DNA of 64,000 nt from Betaproteobacteria bacterium (lineage in GTDB: Bacteria > Pseudomonadota > Gammaproteobacteria > Burkholderiales > SG8-39), in assembly GCA_947479645.1 (NCBI GenBank), contig CANKAJ010000001.1, forward strand, positions 10,009 through 74,008, written 5' to 3'. Shown piece by piece: positions 18,447 through 26,797 of this stretch (the stretch's first letter is position 1; the number at the start of each line of letters is the position of its first letter). A program made the translations under genes and the position numbers. Below the pieces are notes generated by a model, which saw only the letters and a program-made list of their open reading frames with translations, searched no databases and was not told the origin of the DNA.

Positions 18447-19559
18447 TTACCAGTACGCGAGATTGCTATCCGCAAAAAGACGTCGATGGGCAGCCAGGTC
18501 TCCATAACGTGTCGACGCGACGATTGCTGCCTTCAGATACCACCCCACCTCGTGCTCCAGGGTAAAACCCATTGCACCATGCATTTGAATGGTTGATTTC
18601 GCCACGTCAATTGCCGTCTGCGCCGATTTGACCAGCAGCGCATGCAGGAGTGCCCGCCGCGTTTCTCCCTCATTCCAGATGTCACAGACCTGATAAAGGA
18701 ATGCACGAGTCACTTCGACCGCAACATAATCGTTGGCCGCTCTATGCTGCAATGCCTGGAACGCGGCCAGGACACGGCCAAATTGATGGCGGGTGCGAAT
18801 GTGGTCACAGGCCATGTCATGAACTCGTGCCGCTATACCCGCCAACTGGGCTGCAGTTGAAAGCATTAGAACATCCAGCAGAATGTCCGTCGCTTTGGTC
18901 GCATCAGAACCTTGCGCCAGCAGGCAGGCAGGGGAGAGCCTAAAACCGTCAAAGACCAGTTTTCCACGCTCGGAACCGTCGGCCATGGGTTCAGGCGTTA
19001 GCTCGAAGTCTGTTCCTTTGGCGGGAACAAGCAGTAATTGCGGGGTACCTTGATTATTTGCGGCAAGGAGAAAACCATCCGCCATGGGGGCAAACGGTAT
19101 CCGTCCGGCAGTCCCTGATAAACACAATTGCCCGTTGCTAGTCGAAGTTACGCTTGGCAATGTGCGTGCTGCAGCAAAAGGCTCAGCAATGGCGGTGAGT
19201 ACCATACCAGGCGATGCTATGCCCGCCCCCGGCGGCACCAGTCCTGTGCAAGCAAGCAAGGGCAAGCCTATGCTTTCGATCACTGGCGTGATGAACAAAC
19301 CTGCGCCGGCTTCTTCGGAAAGAATGGCGATGCGCCGTACCATGGAGATGTCGATATTCCCATCCGACAGCATGAGTTCTGAAAGACCGAGCGCTTCCAG
19401 TTCCTGCAAATAGCCACGCGCATGAGTGCCTGGCGCCACAATGGAACCCTGCCTCACGATCGGTTTGCGGCGTTCCTGCACCATCCGTCGCACGCTGTCC
19501 CGAATCAGGCGTTCTTCATCGCCGCTGTCAAAATCCGTGAATGCGTCCATCATCGCCAT
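18447..19559 (-). CDS. acyl-CoA dehydrogenase family protein (second of an overlapping pair)
   Basis: C-terminal ACAD helical domain ...RHQFGRVLAAFQALQHRAAN... and ...IQMHGAMGFTLEHEVGWYLK.... Possible starts at 19559, 19553 or 19550 all overlap the upstream ACAD stop (19550-19552). Confidence 0.85.
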   Translation of the reverse strand: MAMMDAFTDFDSGDEERLIRDSVRRMVQERRKPIVRQGSIVAPGTHARGYLQELEALGLSELMLSDGNIDISMVRRIAILSEEAGAGLFITPVIESIGLPLLACTGLVPPGAGIASPGMVLTAIAEPFAAARTLPSVTSTSNGQLCLSGTAGRIPFAPMADGFLLAANNQGTPQLLLVPAKGTDFELTPEPMADGSERGKLVFDGFRLSPACLLAQGSDATKATDILLDVLMLSTAAQLAGIAARVHDMACDHIRTRHQFGRVLAAFQALQHRAANDYVAVEVTRAFLYQVCDIWNEGETRRALLHALLVKSAQTAIDVAKSTIQMHGAMGFTLEHEVGWYLKAAIVASTRYGDLAAHRRLFADSNLAYW

Positions 19560-20716
19560 GACCTCGGAAATCCAAGAATACGTTCGGCAATGATATTTCG
19601 CTGAATTTCGGCTGACCCGCCCCAGATCGTTGCTCTACGCGACAGTAGAAACAAGCCTAATGGATCGAGTTCCTGGCCATTGTCGGTATGTTTGAAACTG
19701 GACGCGGCGTCACTGCCGGCGGCATCCAGTAATAGATCTGTGACATTGTGCAGCGCATTTGCTCCGGCAATTTTCATTACCGATGCCATGAAGCCGAGCG
19801 ATTGGCCGGCCTTGACGCGCTCAACCGCACGACGGTGCATCGCCATGTGCGCAACTACATCAATGCCGGCACTTGCCATGCGGTCACGAAAAGCGGGGTC
19901 AGACACCCGACCGGTTGCCTCCGACAAACGCCGCAATGTGTCGATTGCAATGAGATCATGCCTTGGACTGCTGCCGCTTAACCGCTCGAAGGTCAGCACG
20001 TGATTGGCGACTTTCCAGCCGCCATGCAGTTTGCCCAGAATGCTTGTCTTTGGCACCCGGACATCGATGAAGGTCACGATGGAAAAATGCACATGCCCGG
20101 TCAACGTCTGTATCGGCGTCACAGTAATCCCGGGCGTGGCCAGATCAATCAGCAGCATGCTGATGCCGGCATGCCGCGCCTTCGGGTCAGGCTCGGTCCT
20201 TACCAGGGCGAACATGCGATCGCAATGCGGGGCGCCGCTTGACCAGATTTTCTGGCCGTTCACCACAAAATCATCGCCGTCTTCCACGGCTCGCGTTCTC
20301 AGACTGGCAAGGTCGGAGCCGGCTTCGGGTTCCGAATAGCCCTGGCACCAGGTGGTATCACCAGAAAGAATGTCTGGGAGCAGGTCGCGTTTTTGTTCTT
20401 CCGTGCCGAACTCCATGATGGCGAAGCCAAGAAAATTCAGTCCAGATGGTTGTACATAAGGGCCGCCAACACGGGCCAGTTCTTCCATGAGGATGACCTG
20501 CTGCTCAAGGGTTGCGCCCATGCCGCCAAATTCGCGCGGCCAGTGCGGTGCGATCCATCCCCGCTGCCACAGCTTTCTGTGCCATTCGCGGCTGACTTCC
20601 GGGTTGGTCACATCGAGCTCATGCAGCGTCTCCGCGGGAACATTGGCTTCCAGCCAGGTGCGCACCTCGGTCCGGAATGCCGTTTCTTCAGGCGTATCGC
20701 GATGAAACAGGCTCAT
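19550..20716 (-). CDS. acyl-CoA dehydrogenase family protein (first of an overlapping pair)
   Basis: The track opens at 20884. ATG 20716 (MSLFHRDTPEETAFRTEVRTWLEANVP) overlaps the MmgE/PrpD stop as ATGA. ...CQGYSEPEAGSDLASLRT... and ...IWGGSAEIQRNIIAERILG are ACAD signatures. Confidence 0.85.
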   Translation of the reverse strand: MSLFHRDTPEETAFRTEVRTWLEANVPAETLHELDVTNPEVSREWHRKLWQRGWIAPHWPREFGGMGATLEQQVILMEELARVGGPYVQPSGLNFLGFAIMEFGTEEQKRDLLPDILSGDTTWCQGYSEPEAGSDLASLRTRAVEDGDDFVVNGQKIWSSGAPHCDRMFALVRTEPDPKARHAGISMLLIDLATPGITVTPIQTLTGHVHFSIVTFIDVRVPKTSILGKLHGGWKVANHVLTFERLSGSSPRHDLIAIDTLRRLSEATGRVSDPAFRDRMASAGIDVVAHMAMHRRAVERVKAGQSLGFMASVMKIAGANALHNVTDLLLDAAGSDAASSFKHTDNGQELDPLGLFLLSRRATIWGGSAEIQRNIIAERILGFPRSWR

Positions 20717-22122
20717 GGCTGACCTGCCTCCTCCAACGCCTGAGTTCCCGTTTTTCGTGCTGACGTTGCCGCGTCGGGAGAGGTTAGCCTTGACACTGCA
20801 CGCAAATCGGACTGTGCGGCCATGGCATCCAGAATGCCAAGCAAGGATTTCGCCGCGGGAGATCCCAGTACCCGCGCCGCGCAATCCAGGAATTTCTCCG
20901 AGCGGTCAGTTGCGGTCATCGGCCACTTTGGAGAGCCTGGAGTCTCCTCCACACGCATGTCAAAATTTCCCCTGGTGGTTTCGACTGACACATCCGAGTA
21001 ACCAACGACCCCGGAGTACACGCCTTCGGCCTCGATTCGTTCTCGTCGGACCTTCTTCATCAGTACGCGAATTTCCGGACGCTGCACCATGGCATCGGTG
21101 AAGCTGTCCAGGCCAAGCTTTCCATCCAGCAGCGTGGCCGCAGCGCAGTACTCGATACTGAATTTTCCCTCCAGACCCGTGTGGGGATCTTCGCTCACCA
21201 GGGCTTCATCGCTTCCGGGCAGGAAACCAATCCGGATCAGTTTGATTTCATCCACTTTGATCTGATGTTTGGAAACAAGCCTGAACAAGCCCCCCACCGG
21301 ACGATGATTGCAATAGCAACATGGCCAGCGCTTGACATAGATACTGGGTGAAAGAATCTGCCAGGACGATGCAAAGTGAGGGAGCAGGCTTTCGAGTTTT
21401 TCCCCGTCATCGCCGGCATAGGTGTCAAAGAAGCTGTGTTTGCCCTCGAAAATTGCGCTATTGGCGGTAAATCCGGAACGCGCCAGCGTAGCGGCAACCA
21501 GCGCCGAGCGCGCGGCGTGACCAGCATGAAATGGCTTGGTCATGGTTCCGAAATTGCCAACCAGACCGGAGGTTTCCGAAGCAGCGATTCCCCAGGCACA
21601 TTGCAACTGAAGGCTGTTCAAGTTCAGCAACCGCGCAACTGCGGCAGTGGCAGCCATCAGGCCAATGGTGGCCGTGGTATGCCATCCTCTCAGGTAATGT
21701 CCGGTACCCACAGCCTTGCCCAATATACCGGCGACCTCAACACCAATTACAAATGCCTCCAGCGCGGCTTTGCCTGAAATGGCGGACATTTCACCGGTTG
21801 CCAATATCGCCGGTACCAGGGTTGCGCTGGGATGTCCGCGCAGTGTCGGCAGACTGTCGTCAAAATCCAGCGCATGGCTTGCGATGCCATTGGCAAACGC
21901 AGCGTCCAGTGCCGAACTCTTTACATGGGTTCCCCATATGGGAGCCACGGACGCGCTTCCCTGTTGCTGCACCCAGCGCTGTGCAATTTCAGCACACTCC
22001 TCGAGGGACCCCGCCAAGGCAACTCCAAGGGTATCGACAAATGCATCCTTGGCCGCGCTGACTGCGGCATCCGGGATTTCCCGAGTTTCCAGAACCAATT
22101 TGGCCAGACGTTCGGTAAGCAT
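20713..22122 (-). CDS. MmgE/PrpD-family protein (2-methylcitrate-dehydratase superfamily, specificity unknown)
   Basis: 469 aa. N-terminus MLTERLAKLVLETREIPDAAVSAAKDAFVDTLGVALAGS, plus ...HALDFDDS... and ...GWHTTATIG..., are typical of the family. Distinct from the bona fide prpD at 61350. Confidence 0.9.
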   Translation of the reverse strand: MLTERLAKLVLETREIPDAAVSAAKDAFVDTLGVALAGSLEECAEIAQRWVQQQGSASVAPIWGTHVKSSALDAAFANGIASHALDFDDSLPTLRGHPSATLVPAILATGEMSAISGKAALEAFVIGVEVAGILGKAVGTGHYLRGWHTTATIGLMAATAAVARLLNLNSLQLQCAWGIAASETSGLVGNFGTMTKPFHAGHAARSALVAATLARSGFTANSAIFEGKHSFFDTYAGDDGEKLESLLPHFASSWQILSPSIYVKRWPCCYCNHRPVGGLFRLVSKHQIKVDEIKLIRIGFLPGSDEALVSEDPHTGLEGKFSIEYCAAATLLDGKLGLDSFTDAMVQRPEIRVLMKKVRRERIEAEGVYSGVVGYSDVSVETTRGNFDMRVEETPGSPKWPMTATDRSEKFLDCAARVLGSPAAKSLLGILDAMAAQSDLRAVSRLTSPDAATSARKTGTQALEEAGQP

Positions 22123-22186
22123 GAGTCCATCCTTTCATGATGCGCGCCTGATTGGCGCTGTCTTTGAGATGCCCTGAGCGAACGCC

Positions 22187-22915
22187 TTAGGCTTGTTTGA
22201 TTGCCGTTTGTGCTTGTGGTTCCGGCTTACCGACCTGATCCTTGGATTTCAAGGCAAGTATCGGTCCCGGGTAAAGATCAGGCTGGCTGAGTACCGCCAC
22301 AACGTGACGGCCGCATTCGTCATCAGTAAACCATGCAGGATCCGCTCCGACACGGTTGCTTTCACCTGTGATAGGGGAATAAAGCAGAAGCTCACGGATT
22401 TGAACCGGACCTCCGCGAGCTTCGCGCGCAATCATGCGCAGCATGTTGCGCTGTCCAGCTTGCGCAATGGTCGCGAGCCCATTACCGGGCACAATCATGT
22501 CAGCCATTCCCCCGCCAATGGCCAGATACGTGCCACCATCAGTTATCGAAGGGATAAAGGTCTTTGCGGCAATGAAATGCGGGATGAGGTTTCCCTGCAA
22601 ATGGGTCGAAAGGTCCTCGGGATTGCGTTGCAGAAGAGGCATCCTGCCCAATTTAAGATTGACTGATGTGATGACGCAATCAAGTGTTTCAATCATTTGC
22701 TTTGCGGCATTGCATAACAATTTCGCATCGGCTTCAGTGGAGACGCTCCCGGGCAGGATGGCCATGCTGCCGTGCGACAATAACCGCTTCTTCAGTGCAT
22801 CGAGTTTCTCCAGGCTGCGTCCCGCACCAATGACGCGATAGCCAGAGTCCAGTAGTGCTGCACAGATGCCTTGTCCGACGTCCCCCGTAGCTCCGATTAC
22901 CAGCACATTCTTCAT
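22187..22915 (-). CDS. NAD(P)-binding Rossmann protein, atypical short-chain dehydrogenase/reductase
   Basis: MKNVLVIGATGDVGQGICAALL (GxxGxxG) at the N-terminus. I could not find a clear YxxxK catalytic motif, hence 'atypical'. Confidence 0.75.
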   Translation of the reverse strand: MKNVLVIGATGDVGQGICAALLDSGYRVIGAGRSLEKLDALKKRLLSHGSMAILPGSVSTEADAKLLCNAAKQMIETLDCVITSVNLKLGRMPLLQRNPEDLSTHLQGNLIPHFIAAKTFIPSITDGGTYLAIGGGMADMIVPGNGLATIAQAGQRNMLRMIAREARGGPVQIRELLLYSPITGESNRVGADPAWFTDDECGRHVVAVLSQPDLYPGPILALKSKDQVGKPEPQAQTAIKQA

Positions 22916-23340
22916 GATGTAATCCTCCTCACGATTGCACAGATGCCATTTTTATTATTGACGACTTTCAACCTATATAATTTTCATTATATGGGTTTTG
23001 ACTTGGAAGCGGATGCGAACGGTATATGGCCATTTAAATCTGATGAAGATCAAATCCATGCAGCAAAAATGGGACAACATACTATTGGCGGAGAGCGGAT
23101 TATCGAAGGCTGAATTCGCGTAACTGCATGCAGACGGGATAGTCTAGGGATCAAGAACAGTATTTGAAATTCCGACTTGCGCTAACAACCCTGTTCCCAG
23201 GACAATTGAACAGATAGACGGCTGACTGCGTGCGTCATTGCAATCCATTCTATGTCAACATTAATGTTATCGTATTTGAACTAATTACCAGATTTAATAA
23301 GCATTATTAATATAATTGATATCAATGTTGTGAATGGAAT

Positions 23341-23582
23341 ATGAATCTATCAATCGCAGACTTGCCGCCGTCAGCACTCTCCGGTATCCGGGTTATTGAA
23401 GTTGCGGGCAGCACCAGCCAGTATTGCGGCAAGATGTTTGCGGAATTGGGCGCTGATGTCATCCTTGTAGAACCTCCCAATGGCGCGACGACACGCAACG
23501 AAGAGCCATTTGTCGGCGATCAAGCCGGGAGATATAGCAGGAGGAGTATCAGGCTCTAGCCGAGGAGGGTGTTTTTGCCTAG
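23341..23582 (+). pseudogene. family III (CaiB/BaiF) CoA-transferase remnant (N-terminal ~60 codons + C-terminal ~14 codons)
   Basis: N-terminal frame ...LSGIRVIEVAGSTSQYCGKMFAELGADVILVEPPNGATTRNEEPF parallels the intact paralog at 42670 ([33 protein letters not shown]). It stops after 72 codons. Another frame (23538-23582) reads QEEYQALAEEGVFA*, a typical transferase tail. About 330 central codons are absent. Confidence 0.6.
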
Positions 23583-23649
23583 ACGATCAAAAGTGGTTTT
23601 CGCGAATCAATTGTATTTATTCGAATAGCGGTTTTGCATAGGCGTAATC

Positions 23650-24789
23650 ATGGATTTCAAACTGAGTCAGGAACAGCAACTGTTGTGCGATGAAGCGCGC
23701 AAGCTTTCTGTGGAAGTATTCAAGGACCGTGCCGCGCGCTGGGATGCCGGATCAGAAGTGCCGTGGGACAATATCAAGATATTAGCTAAGCAAGGTTATT
23801 TCGGCTTGCTGATTCCGGAACAATATGGCGGCACTGGCGGGTCCATCATGGATCTTGTGCTGGTGCTGGAGCAGTTTGCGTGGTCCTGCTGCAGCACTGC
23901 CTTGTATGTGTTCAGCTCGAATGTGCATGCTAACCGTATTGCGCAACTTGGCGATGAGCGCCAGCGAACACAGTATCTGCCCGGAATCGCCAGCGGCAAG
24001 GTATTGCCTGCACATGGCATGAGCGAACCGCAGGCCGGATCGGATGCCAAGCGCATGCGTACCAGCGCCACGCTCAGTGGCGGATCGTATTTGGTCAATG
24101 GCGGAAAGTGCTGGATCTCTCGCGGCGCCGTGGCGCAATTGTTTCTGATTGACGTTGTGTTCAAGGATGGCGAGCAGCGCGAGCATGGCATGCTGCTCAT
24201 CGAGCGGGACACCCCCGGTTTCAAGACAGGAAAGGTTGAGCCCTTGATGGGGCACCGCGGCAGCCCCTCCACTGAATTGATTTTCACGGATTGCCGGGTG
24301 CCACAGGAGAACCGCATGGCTGGTGGCAACATGCAGGCGGCTTTGACCGCGATGAGCCTGTCGCGCTGCGCCAATGCGGCGATGGCGCTCGGTGCTGCGC
24401 AGCGCGCTTATGACGAGGCCGTGGAATATGTGCAGCAGCGAGAGGCTTTTGGCAAACATCTGTCGGATTTCCAGGGCTTGCGCTGGATGGTCGCGGAAAT
24501 GCAGATCAAACTGGAAGCAGCGCGCCTGTTGATCTATCGGGCGGCAACCAATGCGACCGAAGGCTTTCCTTCTGCGATGGAGGCTGCCATCGCCAAGGCC
24601 TATGTCAATGAAGCGGCGCTGTCTGTCGCCTCCGATGCCATGCAACTGTTTGGGGCCAACGGATTATCGACGTCATTTCCAATGGAACGAATCTATCGCG
24701 ACATTCGCGCCTTTGGCATTGCCGGCGGAACCTCGCAGATACAGAAGAACCTGATTGCACGCACCGCAATTGGACGCCGCAAGTACTAG
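23650..24789 (+). CDS. acyl-CoA dehydrogenase
   Basis: 379 aa, canonical length. ...AHGMSEPQAGSDAKRMRTSA..., ...REAFGKHLSDFQGLRWMVAEM... and C-terminal ...RDIRAFGIAGGTSQIQKNLIAR. Confidence 0.9.
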   Translation: MDFKLSQEQQLLCDEARKLSVEVFKDRAARWDAGSEVPWDNIKILAKQGYFGLLIPEQYGGTGGSIMDLVLVLEQFAWSCCSTALYVFSSNVHANRIAQLGDERQRTQYLPGIASGKVLPAHGMSEPQAGSDAKRMRTSATLSGGSYLVNGGKCWISRGAVAQLFLIDVVFKDGEQREHGMLLIERDTPGFKTGKVEPLMGHRGSPSTELIFTDCRVPQENRMAGGNMQAALTAMSLSRCANAAMALGAAQRAYDEAVEYVQQREAFGKHLSDFQGLRWMVAEMQIKLEAARLLIYRAATNATEGFPSAMEAAIAKAYVNEAALSVASDAMQLFGANGLSTSFPMERIYRDIRAFGIAGGTSQIQKNLIARTAIGRRKY

Positions 24790-24860
24790 AAGTACTAGAA
24801 CATCGCATTTGAATCCAGCAGTCTCCATACACTGAGAAACACAGAAGGTAGGGTACAGGC

Positions 24861-25826
24861 ATGAGACGCACAATTCTGTTGGTCGTGATGATTTTGATGA
24901 CTGCAGTTAGTTGGGCGCAGGAAGGCGCTTCCTTTCCAGCCAAGCCAGTGCGATTCATCGTCGGATTTGCGCCTGGAGGGGGAACCGATGTGGTGGCGCG
25001 CGGTGTCGCCAACAAACTGACAGAAATGTGGAAACAGCAAGTCGCTGTCGACAATCGTCCTGGGGCTGCGACGATAGTCGGCACTGAGTTGGCTGCCCGC
25101 GCACCTGCAGATGGCTATACGATGTTGCTTGCTTCCAGCAGCTATGCAATCAACGCTGCTTTTCAAAAAAAGCTTCCGTACGACCCACTGAAGGATCTCG
25201 TGGCCGTCACGCAAACAGCATTCCAACCCTATGTCATCGTCGTCTATCCCGGCATACCTGTGCGCTCGGTGAAGGATTTGATTACTTACGCTCGTGCCAA
25301 TCCTGGCAAGTTGAACTATGGATCACCCGGTTCAGGCAGTGGTGGTCATCTTGCCGCCGAACTATTCCGAATGGTCACACAGACGGAAATGGTTCATGTG
25401 CCGTACAGAGGAGGGGCGCTGGCCCTGACGGATTTGCTGGGAGGACAGATACAAATGATGTTCCCGACCATACTGACAGTGGTACCGCATATTAAAACGG
25501 GAGGCATGCGCAGCCTGGCCGTAACCAGTTCCAAGCGCTCCTCCGCGCTGCCTGATGTTCCCACGGTCGCCGAAGCCGCATTGCCCGGCTTCGAAGCGGC
25601 TTCATGGAATGGCGTGATGGTCCCAGCCGGGACCTCGCCAGCGATCATTGCAAAACTCAATCGCGATATCGTTCAGGTACTCAAGTCATCAGATGTGCGT
25701 GACATGCTGGCAGCTGATGGAGCCGAACCCATGGGAAACACGCCCGAGCAGTTTGCCAAACATATCCGCGATGAAATTAAAAAATGGACAAAAGTCATCA
25801 GCGTTGCGGGCATCAAGCCGGAATAG
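24861..25826 (+). CDS. Bug/TctC-family periplasmic substrate-binding protein
   Basis: Signal peptide MRRTILLVVMILMTAVSWA, then ...SFPAKPVRFIVGFAPGGGTDV. Tail ...WTKVISVAGIKPE. Confidence 0.9.
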   Translation: MRRTILLVVMILMTAVSWAQEGASFPAKPVRFIVGFAPGGGTDVVARGVANKLTEMWKQQVAVDNRPGAATIVGTELAARAPADGYTMLLASSSYAINAAFQKKLPYDPLKDLVAVTQTAFQPYVIVVYPGIPVRSVKDLITYARANPGKLNYGSPGSGSGGHLAAELFRMVTQTEMVHVPYRGGALALTDLLGGQIQMMFPTILTVVPHIKTGGMRSLAVTSSKRSSALPDVPTVAEAALPGFEAASWNGVMVPAGTSPAIIAKLNRDIVQVLKSSDVRDMLAADGAEPMGNTPEQFAKHIRDEIKKWTKVISVAGIKPE

Positions 25827-25862
25827 CTGCTCCATCCGGCAGTAAATATCTTATTGATGCGT

Positions 25863-26219
25863 TTAAATCTTTTCCGGAATCAGCAGATCCGCACAAGCTT
25901 GCGATACACCTTGCATGGGTTCCTTGGTGCCATACATTGTTGCCCAGCCACCCTTGGCGACAACATCACCGCGCGACCAACGCTCCGATTTTTGAAGCGT
26001 GGCAAGTCTGTCCGGAAAATCCTTTGCGGCATTGAACTGGGCAGAGCATATTTGCGCATAGGCGGTGACTACTGCGCGTTCCGCCTGCTGCTTGCCTAGC
26101 ATCTCGGATTTGCCATCGGTCTTCCATCCAAACGCACTGAACCCCAGCCAGGCAAACAAAACAGCACCGGTGACTGCCCCCAGGAAAAACGGTTTTTCTC
26201 CATCGTACAATAAGGCCAT
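25863..26219 (-). CDS. hypothetical single-pass membrane protein
   Basis: ATG 26219 is preceded by AAGGAG 7 nt upstream (the track's 26234 is a TTG). One hydrophobic helix, FFLGAVTGAVLFAWLGFSAFGW. No recognised family. Confidence 0.55.
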   Translation of the reverse strand: MALLYDGEKPFFLGAVTGAVLFAWLGFSAFGWKTDGKSEMLGKQQAERAVVTAYAQICSAQFNAAKDFPDRLATLQKSERWSRGDVVAKGGWATMYGTKEPMQGVSQACADLLIPEKI

Positions 26220-26343
26220 GGTGGACTCCTTCAAGAAGAGGGGAAAGCCCTCCGTAACTCAGGGTACGCGCATGAGTGGACAGAGTCGAACCTTATCTTC
26301 AGATAATGAATGACAAAAGAAGGTTCGATGAACCGAATGGCGG

Positions 26344-26652
26344 TTATCGGAGCAGGAATGGGTCCATTGTCACCGCATTGACGACACAACCCAACATTAC
26401 GATGCGGCCGGTTCTTCGACTGTTGCCATCATCGGAAAACTCAAATCGATACACTCTGCGTAATGTCACGTGCCCGTACTCATTGCGTGTCAGGCGCAAG
26501 GAAATACATTCCACCGTTTCGTCCAGGAACTGAAGCGAGTTGTGCTGACAACTCCGTCGACCTTCATCAAGCGCATGTTCGCGCGCGCGCAAGCTGTCAA
26601 ACCAGAACCAGATTACCGCAGCTAATGAAATTAATGCGCTCGCATCCCACAT
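26344..26652 (-). CDS. DUF3301-like small membrane protein
   Basis: N-terminal helix ...LISLAAVIWFWFDSLRAREHAL... followed by ...LRLTRNEYGHVTLRRVYRFEFSDDG. This matches my recollection of DUF3301 proteins (from memory). Confidence 0.65.
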   Translation of the reverse strand: MWDASALISLAAVIWFWFDSLRAREHALDEGRRSCQHNSLQFLDETVECISLRLTRNEYGHVTLRRVYRFEFSDDGNSRRTGRIVMLGCVVNAVTMDPFLLR

Positions 26653-26797
26653 CGTACAAACGCTACCAGATTTTTGTTCCGTTAGAATGACATTCTCATG
26701 CCCCCGGCTGGACTGTTGCCCACATGGGTTGGGTAATTGAATTCATGCTTCAACGGGGTAGGGTTCTGGCTTTCGTGGAAATGGAGACTAAGAGGCC

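Noticed and set aside
22871-23113. 80-aa ORF in the AT-rich spacer
   Set aside because: No RBS, no recognisable domain, and it overlaps the 5' end of the SDR gene. It looks like a chance ORF.
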